Below are positions 8,717-19,580 of a stretch of DNA of 64,000 nucleotides, in pieces. Made by a program: the position numbers and the translations under genes. Position 1 is the stretch's first letter, and each line of letters opens with the position of its first letter. Where the stretch lies: contig CACOJM010000007.1 in NCBI GenBank assembly GCA_902627565.1, positions 52 to 64,051 on the forward strand, given 5' to 3'. Under the pieces are notes generated by a model. The model worked only from the letters and a program-made list of their open reading frames with translations. It was not told the origin of the DNA and did no database searches. Origin of the DNA: an uncultured Pelagibacteraceae bacterium (lineage in GTDB: Bacteria; Pseudomonadota; Alphaproteobacteria; Pelagibacterales; Pelagibacteraceae).

Positions 8717-10015
8717 CTACTCATACTTAATGACTGTGCCATTTTTTATAACAAATAAATTTTTATTAAAAATAAATGGCATTGATATTATTTCCCTTGA
8801 AATATTTATATTTTGGATATCCTTTCCAGTACTAAGTTCAATTTTTTTGAGTTTTCCATTATTTATACTAACGTAAACCATGTTTTGACCTATAGAAAAA
8901 CCAGTTGGTTTTAGAAATCTTCTTTCTTTTACTCTATTATCTTTAAAAATATAATTTATTCGGATTATATTCCCTTTGTCTTTATCGATCACGTACAAAT
9001 ATCCCTCATCTGAAATTGTAATAATTAAATCACCTACTAGAATTGGCGTAAAATTAGACTTAACTGTATTCATCCAATTAATAGATCCATTTTTTTTATT
9101 TAAAGAGAAAAACTCATTTTTATTATTAGAAAAAAAAATATTTTTTCCATCACTTACTAATCTAGAATGTTTAAAATTATATGTTTCATTTATTATCTCG
9201 CTACTTTGTGTAGGAAGCTGCCAAACAATTAACCCGGTATTGAAATCCACTGCAGTAATATCACCTACTATATTGTTAAAAATTACTAATTCATCATCCA
9301 ATATTAGAGAATTTTTTGAATTTGAAACTGTTAATGAGTTTTCAGTTTTTAAATTCCAACACTCAGATCCATCTTTAATATTAAAACATCTTAATATATT
9401 CTTTAAATCAACAACAAAAAATTTATTTTTCAAAGTTTTTATTTCGGAATTAAATGGATAGTCATTTCTTTTTGACCAAATTAAGTCACCTGTATTCAAA
9501 TTAATTAGATATAATTTTGACAAATTATCTGTAACAATAAGATTATTTCCTTCTTTAGAAAAACTAAGCTTAGGGTCAGATTTTTTTTCAAATTTATCAT
9601 AATAATTTCTTTTCCATAATATCTTTCCATCTTTATCATATTTTATCACAGACCCTTTTTTATCAAAAAAAATTAAATCATTATCCAGAAATAATGGGTA
9701 AAAATTTAATTGCTCAAATCCATTCAATTTTGAAAACTTATAAGAACTTACTTTATTTAATTTTCCAGAATAATTTTGAACTCCAAAATTATTTTGATTA
9801 TGAAAAATATTATTATCAGAATAAATTTTTGGTAAATTTAATTTTAGATTTGAATTTAATTCTTTTGGTACGCCATTTTTTTTTTCGAGTATTAACTTAA
9901 TATTCTTAATTTCATCTGATTTTTTATTTTTATTATTCCAAATCTTAGAGTTTTCATTTAAAGAACAATTAACTAATAAAAACGAAAATATAATTAATAA
10001 AAAAACCTTAATCAC
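8717..10015 (-). CDS. bamB: PQQ-repeat beta-propeller lipoprotein, BamB-like
   Basis: Lipobox-like LLVNC; repeated G..xW propeller motifs (TGDLIWS, DGSECWN, TGLIVWQ, NGSINWM); follows a YfgM-like gene. Confidence 0.7.
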   Translation of the reverse strand: MIKVFLLIIFSFLLVNCSLNENSKIWNNKNKKSDEIKNIKLILEKKNGVPKELNSNLKLNLPKIYSDNNIFHNQNNFGVQNYSGKLNKVSSYKFSKLNGFEQLNFYPLFLDNDLIFFDKKGSVIKYDKDGKILWKRNYYDKFEKKSDPKLSFSKEGNNLIVTDNLSKLYLINLNTGDLIWSKRNDYPFNSEIKTLKNKFFVVDLKNILRCFNIKDGSECWNLKTENSLTVSNSKNSLILDDELVIFNNIVGDITAVDFNTGLIVWQLPTQSSEIINETYNFKHSRLVSDGKNIFFSNNKNEFFSLNKKNGSINWMNTVKSNFTPILVGDLIITISDEGYLYVIDKDKGNIIRINYIFKDNRVKERRFLKPTGFSIGQNMVYVSINNGKLKKIELSTGKDIQNINISREIISMPFIFNKNLFVIKNGTVIKYE

Positions 10016-10652
10016 TAAAATCTCTATTTAATCTTTTTTGTGCTTCTTGAGTAATATCTAAATTCGAATTTTCAAGACTTATAATCTGATTAAAAAATTC
10101 TTTTGATTTTAATTTTTCATTTTTTGCGTAAAAAAATTCTGCCATTAAATAAAGCGCATGGGATTTCCAAACACTCTCCGTCTTTATTAATGGATCCAAA
10201 ATTTCCAATAATTCACTCTCATTACTTTGATCTGCATTAAACAAACCCTTTTTAAAGACTAATAAATTTTTAATCTCTTTATCCAAGGATGTTTTTTGTA
10301 TTAAGATATCAAATAAAGCATTTATTCTATTCCTATCTTCTAAGAGATTATTATCTATTATAAAATATAATGATAAGGGAGAATAAGTTGGATCTTTTTT
10401 ATTCACTATTTCAATTAAAGTATCAGATGTTTTTTTTTTATTTTCATCATTAAAATCAATAATTGTTTTATTATATAAATTAGAAATCTTAATATTTTCC
10501 TTTTTTGTGTATTCTAAATAACCAAAAAATAAAATAGAAATTAGCAATATTGAAACTATAAATATAATTATTTTATTCTTATTATTTATAAAAAAATTTT
10601 TAATTTTTTCACTGCGAGTATTTGTATTTATTATTGCTATATCTTCATCCAT
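10008..10652 (-). CDS. YfgM-like membrane-anchored TPR protein (ancillary SecYEG subunit)
   Basis: Single N-terminal TM helix, helical repeats, canonical position upstream of bamB. Confidence 0.6.
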   Translation of the reverse strand: MDEDIAIINTNTRSEKIKNFFINNKNKIIIFIVSILLISILFFGYLEYTKKENIKISNLYNKTIIDFNDENKKKTSDTLIEIVNKKDPTYSPLSLYFIIDNNLLEDRNRINALFDILIQKTSLDKEIKNLLVFKKGLFNADQSNESELLEILDPLIKTESVWKSHALYLMAEFFYAKNEKLKSKEFFNQIISLENSNLDITQEAQKRLNRDFSD

Positions 10653-10654
10653 AT

Positions 10655-13324
10655 CTAAATCATGTTACGAAGGACATACTGTAAAATCCCACCATTTTTA
10701 TAATATTCTAATTCATTTTTAGTATCTATCCTACATAATGTTTCGATCTTTTTAACTTCACCCGATAGATATTTTATTTCCAATTTTACTTTGTCAGAGG
10801 GATTTAGTCCTTTTTCTAAATCGATTACACTAAATAATTCAGAACCTAATAAATTTAAATTTTTACGATCTATATTATTTATAAATTGTAGCGGTAATAC
10901 TCCCATACCAATTAAGTTTGATCTGTGAATTCTCTCAAAACTTTCTGCTATCACTGCTTTGACGCCTAAAAGCTTTGTTCCTTTTGCAGCCCAATCTCTT
11001 GAGGAGCCTGTGCCATATTCTTTGCCTCCAATCACTACTAAATCAATATTTCTTTTTTTATATTCAACAACAGCATCGTATATTGGCATGACTTTCTCTT
11101 CAGGGTACAATTTGGTGTAACCTCCCTCAGTCCCGGGTGCCATCTCATTTCTTATTCTAATATTTGCAAATGTTCCTCTCATCATGACTTCATGATTTCC
11201 TCTACGTGATCCATATGAATTATAATCTTGTGGTAAAATTTGATGTTTCATGAAGTATTCTCCTGTTGGGCTCTCCCTTTGAATGTTTCCAGCTGGAGAT
11301 ATGTGGTCCGTAGTGACCATGTCTCCTAGAATTAGTAAAGGTCTAGCATTTTTAATTTCTTTAAATCCCTCAGGTTTATCTGGTAAGCCATCAAAAAAAG
11401 GAGGTTTTTTGACATAAGTTGAATTGTCTTCCCAATTATAAATACTGCTTTTTTCAGTTTTAATTTGTTGCCATTGCTTTGGACCCTCTGAAACATTTGA
11501 ATATCTTTTAATAAACATTTCTGCGCTCAAAGAAGATTTTAATGTTTCTTCAATTTCTTTATTAGATGGCCAAATATCTTTCATGAAAATATCTTTGCCA
11601 TTTTTATCTTTTCCAAAGGAATCTTTGTATAAATCAAAATTCATATGACCAGCAAGAGCATAAGCTACAACTAATGGAGGTGATGCCAAATAATTTGCTT
11701 TTATATGAGGTGAAATTCTTCCCTCGAAATTTCTATTTCCAGATAATACTGAAACAGCATAAATATTCTCCTCTTTAATAGCTTCAACTATATTGTCATC
11801 TAATGGTCCTGAATTTCCGATACAAGTTGTACAACCATAACCTACAAGATTAAATCCAAGTTTATCTAAATAAGTATTCAGTCCTGCTTTTTCTAAATAA
11901 TCGGTCACCACTTGTGATCCTGGAGCAAGTGAAGTTTTTACCCACGGCTTAACTTCTAAACCTAATTCAACAGCTTTTTTTGCAAGTAATCCTGCTCCAA
12001 TAAGAACATTTGGATTTGAAGTATTAGTACATGATGTTATAGCAGCAATTAAGATTGAACCATCTTTAATCTCAAATTCTGAATTATGTACCTTAGAAAT
12101 AGAAAAATTTTCTTTTTTTGTAATTTCTTTAAAACTATCTTTAAAACTTTTTGCAGCATCTGTTAATAAGACTTTATCTTGCGGTCTTTTTGGGCCAGAT
12201 ATTGTTGGAACTATTGTAGACATATCTAAAGTTATAGTGTCAGTAAATTCAATTTCATTACTAGCCCATAAGCCCTGGGCTTTAGCATACTCCTCAACTA
12301 TTTTGACTACATTAGTTTCCCTTCCTGAAAACTTAAGATATTTTAATGTTTCATCATCAATTGGGAAAAAACCACAAGTTGCTCCATATTCAGGAGCCAT
12401 GTTTGCTATTGTTGCTCGATCAGCCAATGTTAGATTTTTTAAACCTTCCCCATAAAATTCTACAAATTTACCAACTACACCTTTATCTCTTAACATTTTA
12501 ACAACGGTCAGCACTAAATCAGTTGCGGTTGTGCCTTCTGGCATTTTATTCTTTACTTCAAAGCCAATCACCTCCGGAATTAACATTGAAATTGGTTGAC
12601 CCAGCATACCAGCTTCTGCCTCAATACCTCCTACACCCCAGCCTAAAACTGATAATCCATTGACCATAGTAGTATGACTATCTGTGCCCACAAGTGTATC
12701 TGGGAATAAATAATTATCGTTTTTATATTTTGCAGACCAAACTACTTTAGACAGATACTCTAAATTTACTTGATGACATATGCCTGTACCTGGAGGAACA
12801 ATTCTAAAATTGTTAAATGCTTGTTGACCCCATTTTAAAAAGGAGTATCTCTCGCCATTTCTATTGAACTCGATTTCAACATTCTTATCAAAAGAGTCTG
12901 ATTTTGCCGATTGATCTACTTGCACAGAATGATCAATAACAAGATCTACTGCAGAAAGCGGGTTGATAGTATTTGGATCTTTATTTTTTTCTTTAACAGC
13001 TTCTCGCATTGCAGCTAAATCTGCAACTGCAGGTATCCCCGTATAATCTTGTAATAACACTCTTGCTGGTCTATATGCTATTTCTGTTTTAGATTTCTTT
13101 TCTTCAAGCCAATTTTTTATCGCTTCAATTTGATTTTTATTTACTGATAAATCATCTTCATATCTTAAAAGATTTTCTAAGAGCACTTTTAGGGATTTTG
13201 GTAATTTTGAAATTCCTTTTAAACCATTTTCCTCAGCTTTATCTAATGAATAAAATTTAAAATTTTCTTCATTAATTTTTATATCTGATAAACAGTTATA
13301 AGAGTTTTTTGTCCCTGGTTTCAT
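10655..13324 (-). CDS. acnA: Aconitate hydratase A
   Basis: RVLLQDYTG, DLVIDHSVQVD, GTDSHTTM, AAITSCTNTSNP, GYGCTTCIGNSG, SSRDWAAKG. Confidence 0.97.
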   Translation of the reverse strand: MKPGTKNSYNCLSDIKINEENFKFYSLDKAEENGLKGISKLPKSLKVLLENLLRYEDDLSVNKNQIEAIKNWLEEKKSKTEIAYRPARVLLQDYTGIPAVADLAAMREAVKEKNKDPNTINPLSAVDLVIDHSVQVDQSAKSDSFDKNVEIEFNRNGERYSFLKWGQQAFNNFRIVPPGTGICHQVNLEYLSKVVWSAKYKNDNYLFPDTLVGTDSHTTMVNGLSVLGWGVGGIEAEAGMLGQPISMLIPEVIGFEVKNKMPEGTTATDLVLTVVKMLRDKGVVGKFVEFYGEGLKNLTLADRATIANMAPEYGATCGFFPIDDETLKYLKFSGRETNVVKIVEEYAKAQGLWASNEIEFTDTITLDMSTIVPTISGPKRPQDKVLLTDAAKSFKDSFKEITKKENFSISKVHNSEFEIKDGSILIAAITSCTNTSNPNVLIGAGLLAKKAVELGLEVKPWVKTSLAPGSQVVTDYLEKAGLNTYLDKLGFNLVGYGCTTCIGNSGPLDDNIVEAIKEENIYAVSVLSGNRNFEGRISPHIKANYLASPPLVVAYALAGHMNFDLYKDSFGKDKNGKDIFMKDIWPSNKEIEETLKSSLSAEMFIKRYSNVSEGPKQWQQIKTEKSSIYNWEDNSTYVKKPPFFDGLPDKPEGFKEIKNARPLLILGDMVTTDHISPAGNIQRESPTGEYFMKHQILPQDYNSYGSRRGNHEVMMRGTFANIRIRNEMAPGTEGGYTKLYPEEKVMPIYDAVVEYKKRNIDLVVIGGKEYGTGSSRDWAAKGTKLLGVKAVIAESFERIHRSNLIGMGVLPLQFINNIDRKNLNLLGSELFSVIDLEKGLNPSDKVKLEIKYLSGEVKKIETLCRIDTKNELEYYKNGGILQYVLRNMI

Positions 13325-13327
13325 ACT

Positions 13328-13924
13328 TTATATATAAAATGTAATTATGCTCAAAAGAAGAAGCCCTGACATAGCATAATTAAAGTACTTAATAAATTTA
13401 TCATTTGTCGCAAATTTCCTTAAGAATTTACCTATAAATGTCCATAACGTAATACTTGTTAAAGAAAACAAGAAAGCAAGAATAACTACTTGAGTCGCAT
13501 AATTAATATAATTTTCTCCTAATTCAACATAAGTAGAAACTACTATGATTGCTACCATCACTCCTTTTGGATTTAAATATTGAAAAAGAAAGGTTTCAAT
13601 AAACTTTACTGGATTTTCTTTTTTAGTTTCATCAGAGGTAGTTGAAGATGCAATTTTATAAGCTAAATAAATCAAAAAAAGAGTACCCAAATATTTTATA
13701 ATAACTTGTATTATTGGAAAAAGTTTAAATACATTAATTAAACCAATAGTTAAAAAAATAACTAGAGAAGTAAAACCCAAAGTAACTCCAAGAATATGTG
13801 GAATAGTTTTTGTAATACCAAAGTTAAAACCAGAATAAGAAGCAACAACGTTATTTGGTCCTGGGGTATAGGCTGTCACAAACCAAAATAAAGCAATCGA
13901 TAGTATCTCTGGATGCATATTCAA
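13328..13924 (-). CDS. LysE/RhtB family exporter
   Basis: TPGPNN motif, FQYLNPK, about six TM helices. Confidence 0.88.
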   Translation of the reverse strand: MNMHPEILSIALFWFVTAYTPGPNNVVASYSGFNFGITKTIPHILGVTLGFTSLVIFLTIGLINVFKLFPIIQVIIKYLGTLFLIYLAYKIASSTTSDETKKENPVKFIETFLFQYLNPKGVMVAIIVVSTYVELGENYINYATQVVILAFLFSLTSITLWTFIGKFLRKFATNDKFIKYFNYAMSGLLLLSIITFYI

Positions 13925-14262
13925 GCTATTGGCAATCCGTTTTCAGATTTTTGTGATGGGTGTACTAAAATTACCTTACCTTCTTTATCAATTGAACCTA
14001 AAATTAAAACTTGAGAGACTACTCCAGCAATATTCTTTTCAGCAAAATTGCAAACTCCTATTACTTGTTTTCCTTTTAAATTCTCCTCGTTATAATAATG
14101 AGTAATCTGAGCTGACGATTGTTTAATACCAATTTCCTCACCAAAATCTACTTCGACAACCAATGAAGGTTTTCTAGCTTTCTCATTTTTTTTTACTGAT
14201 ATTACAGTGCCAACTCTTATATCAACTTTATCAAAAATATCGTATGTTATTTGTTCTTTCAT
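13921..14262 (-). CDS. csaA: tRNA-binding/chaperone protein CsaA
   Basis: VDIRVGTV, VDFG..IG..SSAQIT..Y, NF..KNIAG..S OB-fold signature. Confidence 0.88.
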   Translation of the reverse strand: MKEQITYDIFDKVDIRVGTVISVKKNEKARKPSLVVEVDFGEEIGIKQSSAQITHYYNEENLKGKQVIGVCNFAEKNIAGVVSQVLILGSIDKEGKVILVHPSQKSENGLPIA

Positions 14263-14291
14263 AATTGCAGTATTTATAATAATTATTAGTT

Positions 14292-15480
14292 ATGAGTACA
14301 GAAATTAATTTAGAAAAATTATACAACAATTCAGTCAAAATTTTGACTGACCTAATAGGTTTTAGAACAATTTCTGGTGAAGATAACAGTGAATTAATAA
14401 ATTATTGTGAAGATTACCTTCATAAACTTGGGGCCACTTCTTTTAAAACATTTGATGATAAAAAAAAAAGAGTAAATCTTTTTGCTACCTTAAAAGCAAA
14501 AAAAACTAATGGTATTAAACCAATAATTTTATCAGGACATACAGATACTGTTCCAGTTTCAAAAAGTTGGAGCACAGATCCATTTAAAGCAACTATAAAA
14601 GGAGATAAACTTTATGGAAGAGGATCATGTGATATGAAAGGTTTTATTGCATGTGCTTTGGCTTTTGCACCTATTTATGCTTCAACAAACTTAAACAGAG
14701 ATATACATTTTTCATTTACTTTTGATGAGGAAACAGCTTGTCTTGGAGCTCCAATCTTAATAAAGGAATTAAAAAAAAGAAATATTAAAGATGGTATTTG
14801 TATTGTAGGCGAACCTACTAAAATGAAAATTATAGATGCTCATAAAGGTTGTTATGAATATACAACTTATTTTGAAGGCTTAGCTGGCCACAGTTCAGCA
14901 CCACACAAAGGCGTAAGTGCAGTTGAGTTTGCTACAAGATATGCAAACAAATTAATTGAACTAAGAGAAGATTTAAAAAAGAGCTCCTAAGGACTCTATT
15001 TTTGATCCACCTTTTTCAACTTTACAAGTTGGTGGGATTTTTGGTGGGATTGCTCATAATGTTATTGCAGATAAATGTTATATCAATTGGGAAACAAGAC
15101 CAGTTGTGAAAGAAGATGGAAAATTTTTAAATGATCAAATTGATAAATTTGCAAATGAAATTCTTTTACCGGAAATGAAAAAAGTATTCAAGAATTCAAA
15201 AATAACAAAAGAAATTATTGGTGAGGTCACAGGTTTTGATCGCGTAAAAAAATCTGAGGCCTGTGAACTAGTATCAAGTTTGACAGGTGATAATTCAAGA
15301 GAGGTGGTGTCATTTGGAACTGAGGCTGGTTTATTTCAAGAAATTGGGATTAGTACTGTAGTATGTGGCCCTGGTTCTATTGAACAAGCACATAAAGTGG
15401 ATGAATTTATTGAACTTAATGAATTAAAGAAATGCATAAATTTTTTAAATGGTGTAAGGTCTAAATCTATTTCTAATTAG
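14292..15480 (+). pseudogene. argE: Acetylornithine deacetylase (M20), frameshifted at A6 run 14975-14980 (real lesion or sequencing error)
   Basis: LSGHTDTVP, GRGSCDMKGF, DEE, GEPT occur before the stop at 14990. The +1 frame continues APKDSIFDPPFSTLQVGGIFGGIAHNVI into ORF 15106-15480 (FGTEAG, GPGSIEQAHKVDE). Confidence 0.85.
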
Positions 15481-15518
15481 GAAATTATTAAGAAATCTAA
15501 ATTATATTAAAATTATAA

Positions 15519-16418
15519 ATGGTTAAAAAAAATTCAAGAGATCTTGTGGGCTATGGTAGTAAAGGAAAAAAAATATCATGGCCTAACAATGCAAAATTAG
15601 CTCTACAAATAGTCCTAAATTATGAAGAAGGAGGAGAAAATTCTATTTTAAATGGAGATAAATATTCTGAAACTTTTTTATCTGAAATTATTGGTGCAAA
15701 AGCAATTAAAGGAAGGCATATAAGTATGGAAAGTATATACGAATATGGATCTAGATCAGGATTTTGGCGTTTAGACAGGTTATTTAGAGAAAAAAATATT
15801 CCAGTAACTATTTTTGGTGTGGGTTTAGCATTAAAACAAAACCCTGATGTGTGTAATGCAATTAAGAATGGTGACTACGAAATTGCAGCTCATGGTTACA
15901 GGTGGATAGACTACCAAGATGTAAAAAAAGCAACTGAGAAGAAGCATATGCAACTGGCCATAAAAACGATTAAAGATATTTTTGGATCAAGACCTTTAGG
16001 TTGGTACACAGGTCGATGTAGCCCAAACACTAGAGATTTAGTTTTTGACGATGGTGGTTTTAAATATGATAGTGACAGCTATAGTGATGACTTACCATAT
16101 TGGGAATACAGAGGTAAAAAGAGACAACTTATTATTCCTTATACTTTAGATAACAATGATATGAGATTCGCAACAAACCAAGGATTTAATACTGGTGATC
16201 ATTTTTATAATTATCTAAAAGATAGTTTTGATGCATTGTATGATGAGGGAAAAACAAGCCCTAAAATGATGTCAGTTGGATTACATTGTAGACTAATTGG
16301 CAGACCCGGTAGAATTCAGTCCTTAAAGAAATTTTTAGATTATGTTCTTAAATTTGAAGATGTATGGATTTGTAAAAGGATTGATATCGCTAACCATTGG
16401 ATCAAAAATTACTCATAA
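15519..16418 (+). CDS. puuE: Allantoinase PuuE (polysaccharide deacetylase fold)
   Basis: LNYEEGGEN, ESIYEYGSRSGFWR, HGYRWIDY, GWYTGR, PYTLDNNDMRF, MMSVGLHCR. Confidence 0.92.
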   Translation: MVKKNSRDLVGYGSKGKKISWPNNAKLALQIVLNYEEGGENSILNGDKYSETFLSEIIGAKAIKGRHISMESIYEYGSRSGFWRLDRLFREKNIPVTIFGVGLALKQNPDVCNAIKNGDYEIAAHGYRWIDYQDVKKATEKKHMQLAIKTIKDIFGSRPLGWYTGRCSPNTRDLVFDDGGFKYDSDSYSDDLPYWEYRGKKRQLIIPYTLDNNDMRFATNQGFNTGDHFYNYLKDSFDALYDEGKTSPKMMSVGLHCRLIGRPGRIQSLKKFLDYVLKFEDVWICKRIDIANHWIKNYS

Positions 16419-16419
16419 T

Positions 16420-17403
16420 ATGAAAGAAAAAATAATATTTACTAACGGTTTGATAGATTTAGCTCAACCAAGGTTGGGGACCAAAGTAATCTATAAAACT
16501 GACGATTTCTTTGCATCTGCTAATAGAATTATTAGTCCGACTATTCCTATATTCAAAGATGGTGTATTTGATAAACATGGAAAATGGATGGACGGATGGG
16601 AGTCTAGAAGAAAAAGGACTTCTGGACATGATTATATTGTTTTGAAATTAGGGAAACCAGGAAAAATTTCTAAAGTTGATGTGGATACATCTCATTTTAA
16701 TGGAAATCAACCATCAATGGTATCAATTGAAGGAGCAAATTCTAGTTCAAATAAAATCAAACAATTCAAATGGATTTCAATTCTTTCAAAAAAAAAGGTT
16801 AAAGCTAATTCACATCATTTTTTTTCGGTAAAAAACAATAAAATATTTACACACATTAAATTTAATATTTTTCCTGATGGTGGTGTTGCTAGATTAAGAT
16901 TATATGGATCAATCGCTAAATCAAAAAAATTAAAGAACAAAAAAATAAATCTCGCTTCATTATTAGATGGGGCTTCTGTTGTTGCTTGTAATAATGAACA
17001 TTTTGGAAAAGCAGAAAATATTTTAGCTCCTGGTAAAGCAAAAAATATGGGTGATGGCTGGGAGACTAGAAGAAGAAGAAGTAAAGGGAATGACTGGTTA
17101 ATTCTAAATTCTATTGATGGAAATTCTATTGATAAAATTGAAATTTCAACTCATCATTTCAAAGGGAATTATCCTAGCTACTGTTCTTTACAAGCAGCTT
17201 ATTTGCCATCTAAAAATTCTAAACAAATTGTAAGTTCCTCAAATAAATGGAAATACCTATTAAAGAACACAAAATTATCAGCCAATAAAATTCATAGATT
17301 TAAAAATTCTTTAATGAAAAAAAATAAAATTAACCATATCAAAATTAATATTTTTCCTGATGGTGGTATTTCTAGATTTAGAATTTTTGGTAAAAAAATA
17401 TGA
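16420..17403 (+). CDS. alc: Allantoicase
   Basis: Duplicated DGWE(S/T)RR and FPDGG(V/I) motifs; start moved to the ATG at 16420. Confidence 0.92.
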   Translation: MKEKIIFTNGLIDLAQPRLGTKVIYKTDDFFASANRIISPTIPIFKDGVFDKHGKWMDGWESRRKRTSGHDYIVLKLGKPGKISKVDVDTSHFNGNQPSMVSIEGANSSSNKIKQFKWISILSKKKVKANSHHFFSVKNNKIFTHIKFNIFPDGGVARLRLYGSIAKSKKLKNKKINLASLLDGASVVACNNEHFGKAENILAPGKAKNMGDGWETRRRRSKGNDWLILNSIDGNSIDKIEISTHHFKGNYPSYCSLQAAYLPSKNSKQIVSSSNKWKYLLKNTKLSANKIHRFKNSLMKKNKINHIKINIFPDGGISRFRIFGKKI

Positions 17404-17903
17404 CAGACTTAATTATAAAGCCAAAGCCCATCACTAAAGAAAATTTTAAGAAGTTTGGTGATATGATAACAACTGCTAATATTAAGCCAATTGAAATTAA
17501 TAATGGTTATGCAAAAAGATATGATGGAATTGCAAATTTAGATACTAAAAAAGATAATGGTGAATCTACCATTAGTATTTTTTCTGCCTTGAAAAGATCT
17601 TTTCCAATGAAAATTGATATGATGGAAAAACACCCTCTTGGAAGCCAAGCATTTATTCCAATGAAAGAAACAACTTTCTTAGCCTTTGTTGCTCCTGAGG
17701 GTGATAAACCAGACTTAAATAAAATAGAGTCCTTTATAATTCCAAGAGGAATAGGAATTAATTATAATCCCGGTATATGGCATTTCCCATTAATCTCTAC
17801 TGAAGATATGAATTTTTTAGTTGTAGATAGATTAGGTGCGGGAGATAATTTAGTTCTTCACGATCTCAACAGTGAAAATATTTCTTTAGAATTTAAAGTA
17901 TAA
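17400..17903 (+). CDS. allA: Ureidoglycolate lyase
   Basis: MEKHPLGSQAFIP, GINY..GIWHFPL, FLVVDR. Confidence 0.9.
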   Translation: MTDLIIKPKPITKENFKKFGDMITTANIKPIEINNGYAKRYDGIANLDTKKDNGESTISIFSALKRSFPMKIDMMEKHPLGSQAFIPMKETTFLAFVAPEGDKPDLNKIESFIIPRGIGINYNPGIWHFPLISTEDMNFLVVDRLGAGDNLVLHDLNSENISLEFKV

Positions 17904-17905
17904 AA

Positions 17906-17935
17906 AAAGCCCATCAATAGAAATTGATGGGCTTT
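17906..17935. terminator. Bidirectional intrinsic terminator
   Basis: AAAGCCCATCAAT-agaa-ATTGATGGGCTTT between convergent allA and NCS1. Confidence 0.85.
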
Positions 17936-17949
17936 AATTTTAAATTTAA

Positions 17950-19404
17950 TTATTTTTTTGACGATGATATTGCTAAGTGAATCAGGGCACCTAAAGATGC
18001 ACCAATTATCCAAGCATATCCTCCACCACCGCCTAGGTTAGCGAAGAAATCATCTAGTCCCATGAATAAAATGTTAGGCCATACTGTACCAACAGCTATA
18101 TATCCTGATAGCACCCAAGCTAACATTCCTTTTCCATTGAAACCACCATTATAGTGATACTTACCATTAGGTGAGTCACTAAATAGATCATCAACATCTA
18201 ATCTTTGTTTTTTAATTATATAGTAATCAGTAATCATGATACCAAACACAGGAGCTAAAATTGCACCTAAAGTGTTTACAAATGGAAACATTCCCATTTG
18301 AGTGATTACTGCAACCCACAAACCACCAATTACAAAACCAAAACCAGCAGTTATTAAACCACCAATTCTAAAATTGATTTTGCTTGGTACTAAGTTTGCA
18401 AGGTCATATGCAGGAGGTATAAAGTTTGCAACCATATTAATACCAACAGTTGCTGCAAAAAATGCAAATGCTGCAACAACAGTTAATACAATATTGTCCA
18501 CTTTAGCTACCATATCTGTCGGACTTGCTACATATTCTCCAAAGATAGCAATTGTTCCACCAGTTATCATTAAAGTAATAAACGAGAAGAAAACAACATT
18601 ACCTACTAATCCCCACAGGTTACCTTTTTTCATTTCATCTTCATTTTTAACAAATCTAGCAAAGTCTCCGAAGTTAATTACTACAGCAGCAAAATATCCA
18701 ACCATAATTGAAAATACTGCTAGGAACGCCCCAAATGTTCCTAAACCTTCAAATCCACCTGAACGTGACCCACCAGAAAATATTTCTCCAACTTCTGATA
18801 AAAGGCTTCCTCCAGCTTTAAACCAAATTACTAGCATCAATAAAACCATCACAACATAAACTGCTGGTCCCGCAAAGTTTAAAAATCTTTTTACTAGATC
18901 TATTCCTTGCCAAAATAAGTAAACTTGGAATCCTGACACAAATATAAATGATACCCACATTACTCCTGTCATACCTAAAAACATTTCAGTTCCAGGATTG
19001 CCAGTAATAGCTGTAATTAAAAGTGCCACTGCAGTTGATGCTGCATATGTTTGTGCTCCATACCAGAACATTGCCACAAGCCCTCTTGCCATTGCAGGAA
19101 AGTTTGCACCAAAAACACCCATACTTACTCGAGCGAATACTGGATAGGGAATACCATGTTTTACACTTGGTTTTCCTGACAAATTAACTAACCACATGAT
19201 AAAAAATCCAGCTAGTATTAAAGCTAAAAATACTGCCCAACCATTTAATCCTGAAGCTATAAATAGCGATGCTGCCAAAGTATATCCAAATAAACTTTGT
19301 ACATCGTTTGCCCATACGTTAAAGATTTCAAACCATCCCCAATTTTTTTTATTAGTTGGAGTTGGAGCTAAATCTGAATTGTAGAGCGATTTTGATCTAC
19401 TCAT
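17950..19404 (-). CDS. NCS1 family nucleobase/allantoin:cation symporter
   Basis: GIPYPVFARVSMGVFGA, WYGAQT, NFGDFARF, DYYIIK; about 12 TMs; beside allantoin catabolism; AGGAGA RBS. Confidence 0.9.
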   Translation of the reverse strand: MSRSKSLYNSDLAPTPTNKKNWGWFEIFNVWANDVQSLFGYTLAASLFIASGLNGWAVFLALILAGFFIMWLVNLSGKPSVKHGIPYPVFARVSMGVFGANFPAMARGLVAMFWYGAQTYAASTAVALLITAITGNPGTEMFLGMTGVMWVSFIFVSGFQVYLFWQGIDLVKRFLNFAGPAVYVVMVLLMLVIWFKAGGSLLSEVGEIFSGGSRSGGFEGLGTFGAFLAVFSIMVGYFAAVVINFGDFARFVKNEDEMKKGNLWGLVGNVVFFSFITLMITGGTIAIFGEYVASPTDMVAKVDNIVLTVVAAFAFFAATVGINMVANFIPPAYDLANLVPSKINFRIGGLITAGFGFVIGGLWVAVITQMGMFPFVNTLGAILAPVFGIMITDYYIIKKQRLDVDDLFSDSPNGKYHYNGGFNGKGMLAWVLSGYIAVGTVWPNILFMGLDDFFANLGGGGGYAWIIGASLGALIHLAISSSKK

Positions 19405-19580
19405 ATTATCTCTCCTATTTTATGCAAATAAATTTGTTTACTTGCAGTTTTAATTAGGAGAACATTATTGATTTATTGGCTAACTTCAAATTAATCATTT
19501 TTTTTAGCTTTGAATTTATCGTTAACTATCAACAATTAATTGATGTAGACCTAAAATGAACGGTTGGGTTATTACTTAAA

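Noticed and set aside
14974-14981. In-frame A_AAA_AAG slippery heptamer at the argE break, suggesting programmed -1 frameshifting
   Set aside because: The downstream half is in the +1 frame; a -1 slip would not reach it.
18302-18859. Long antisense ORFs (also 8976-9461, 32203-32643, 58602-58964 and other short ones in the track)
   Set aside because: They lie opposite well-supported genes and lack recognisable motifs.
19405-19580. Possible purine riboswitch or small ORF in the 176-nt NCS1 leader
   Set aside because: No recognisable aptamer consensus or ORF with a start; only a short inverted repeat could be supported.
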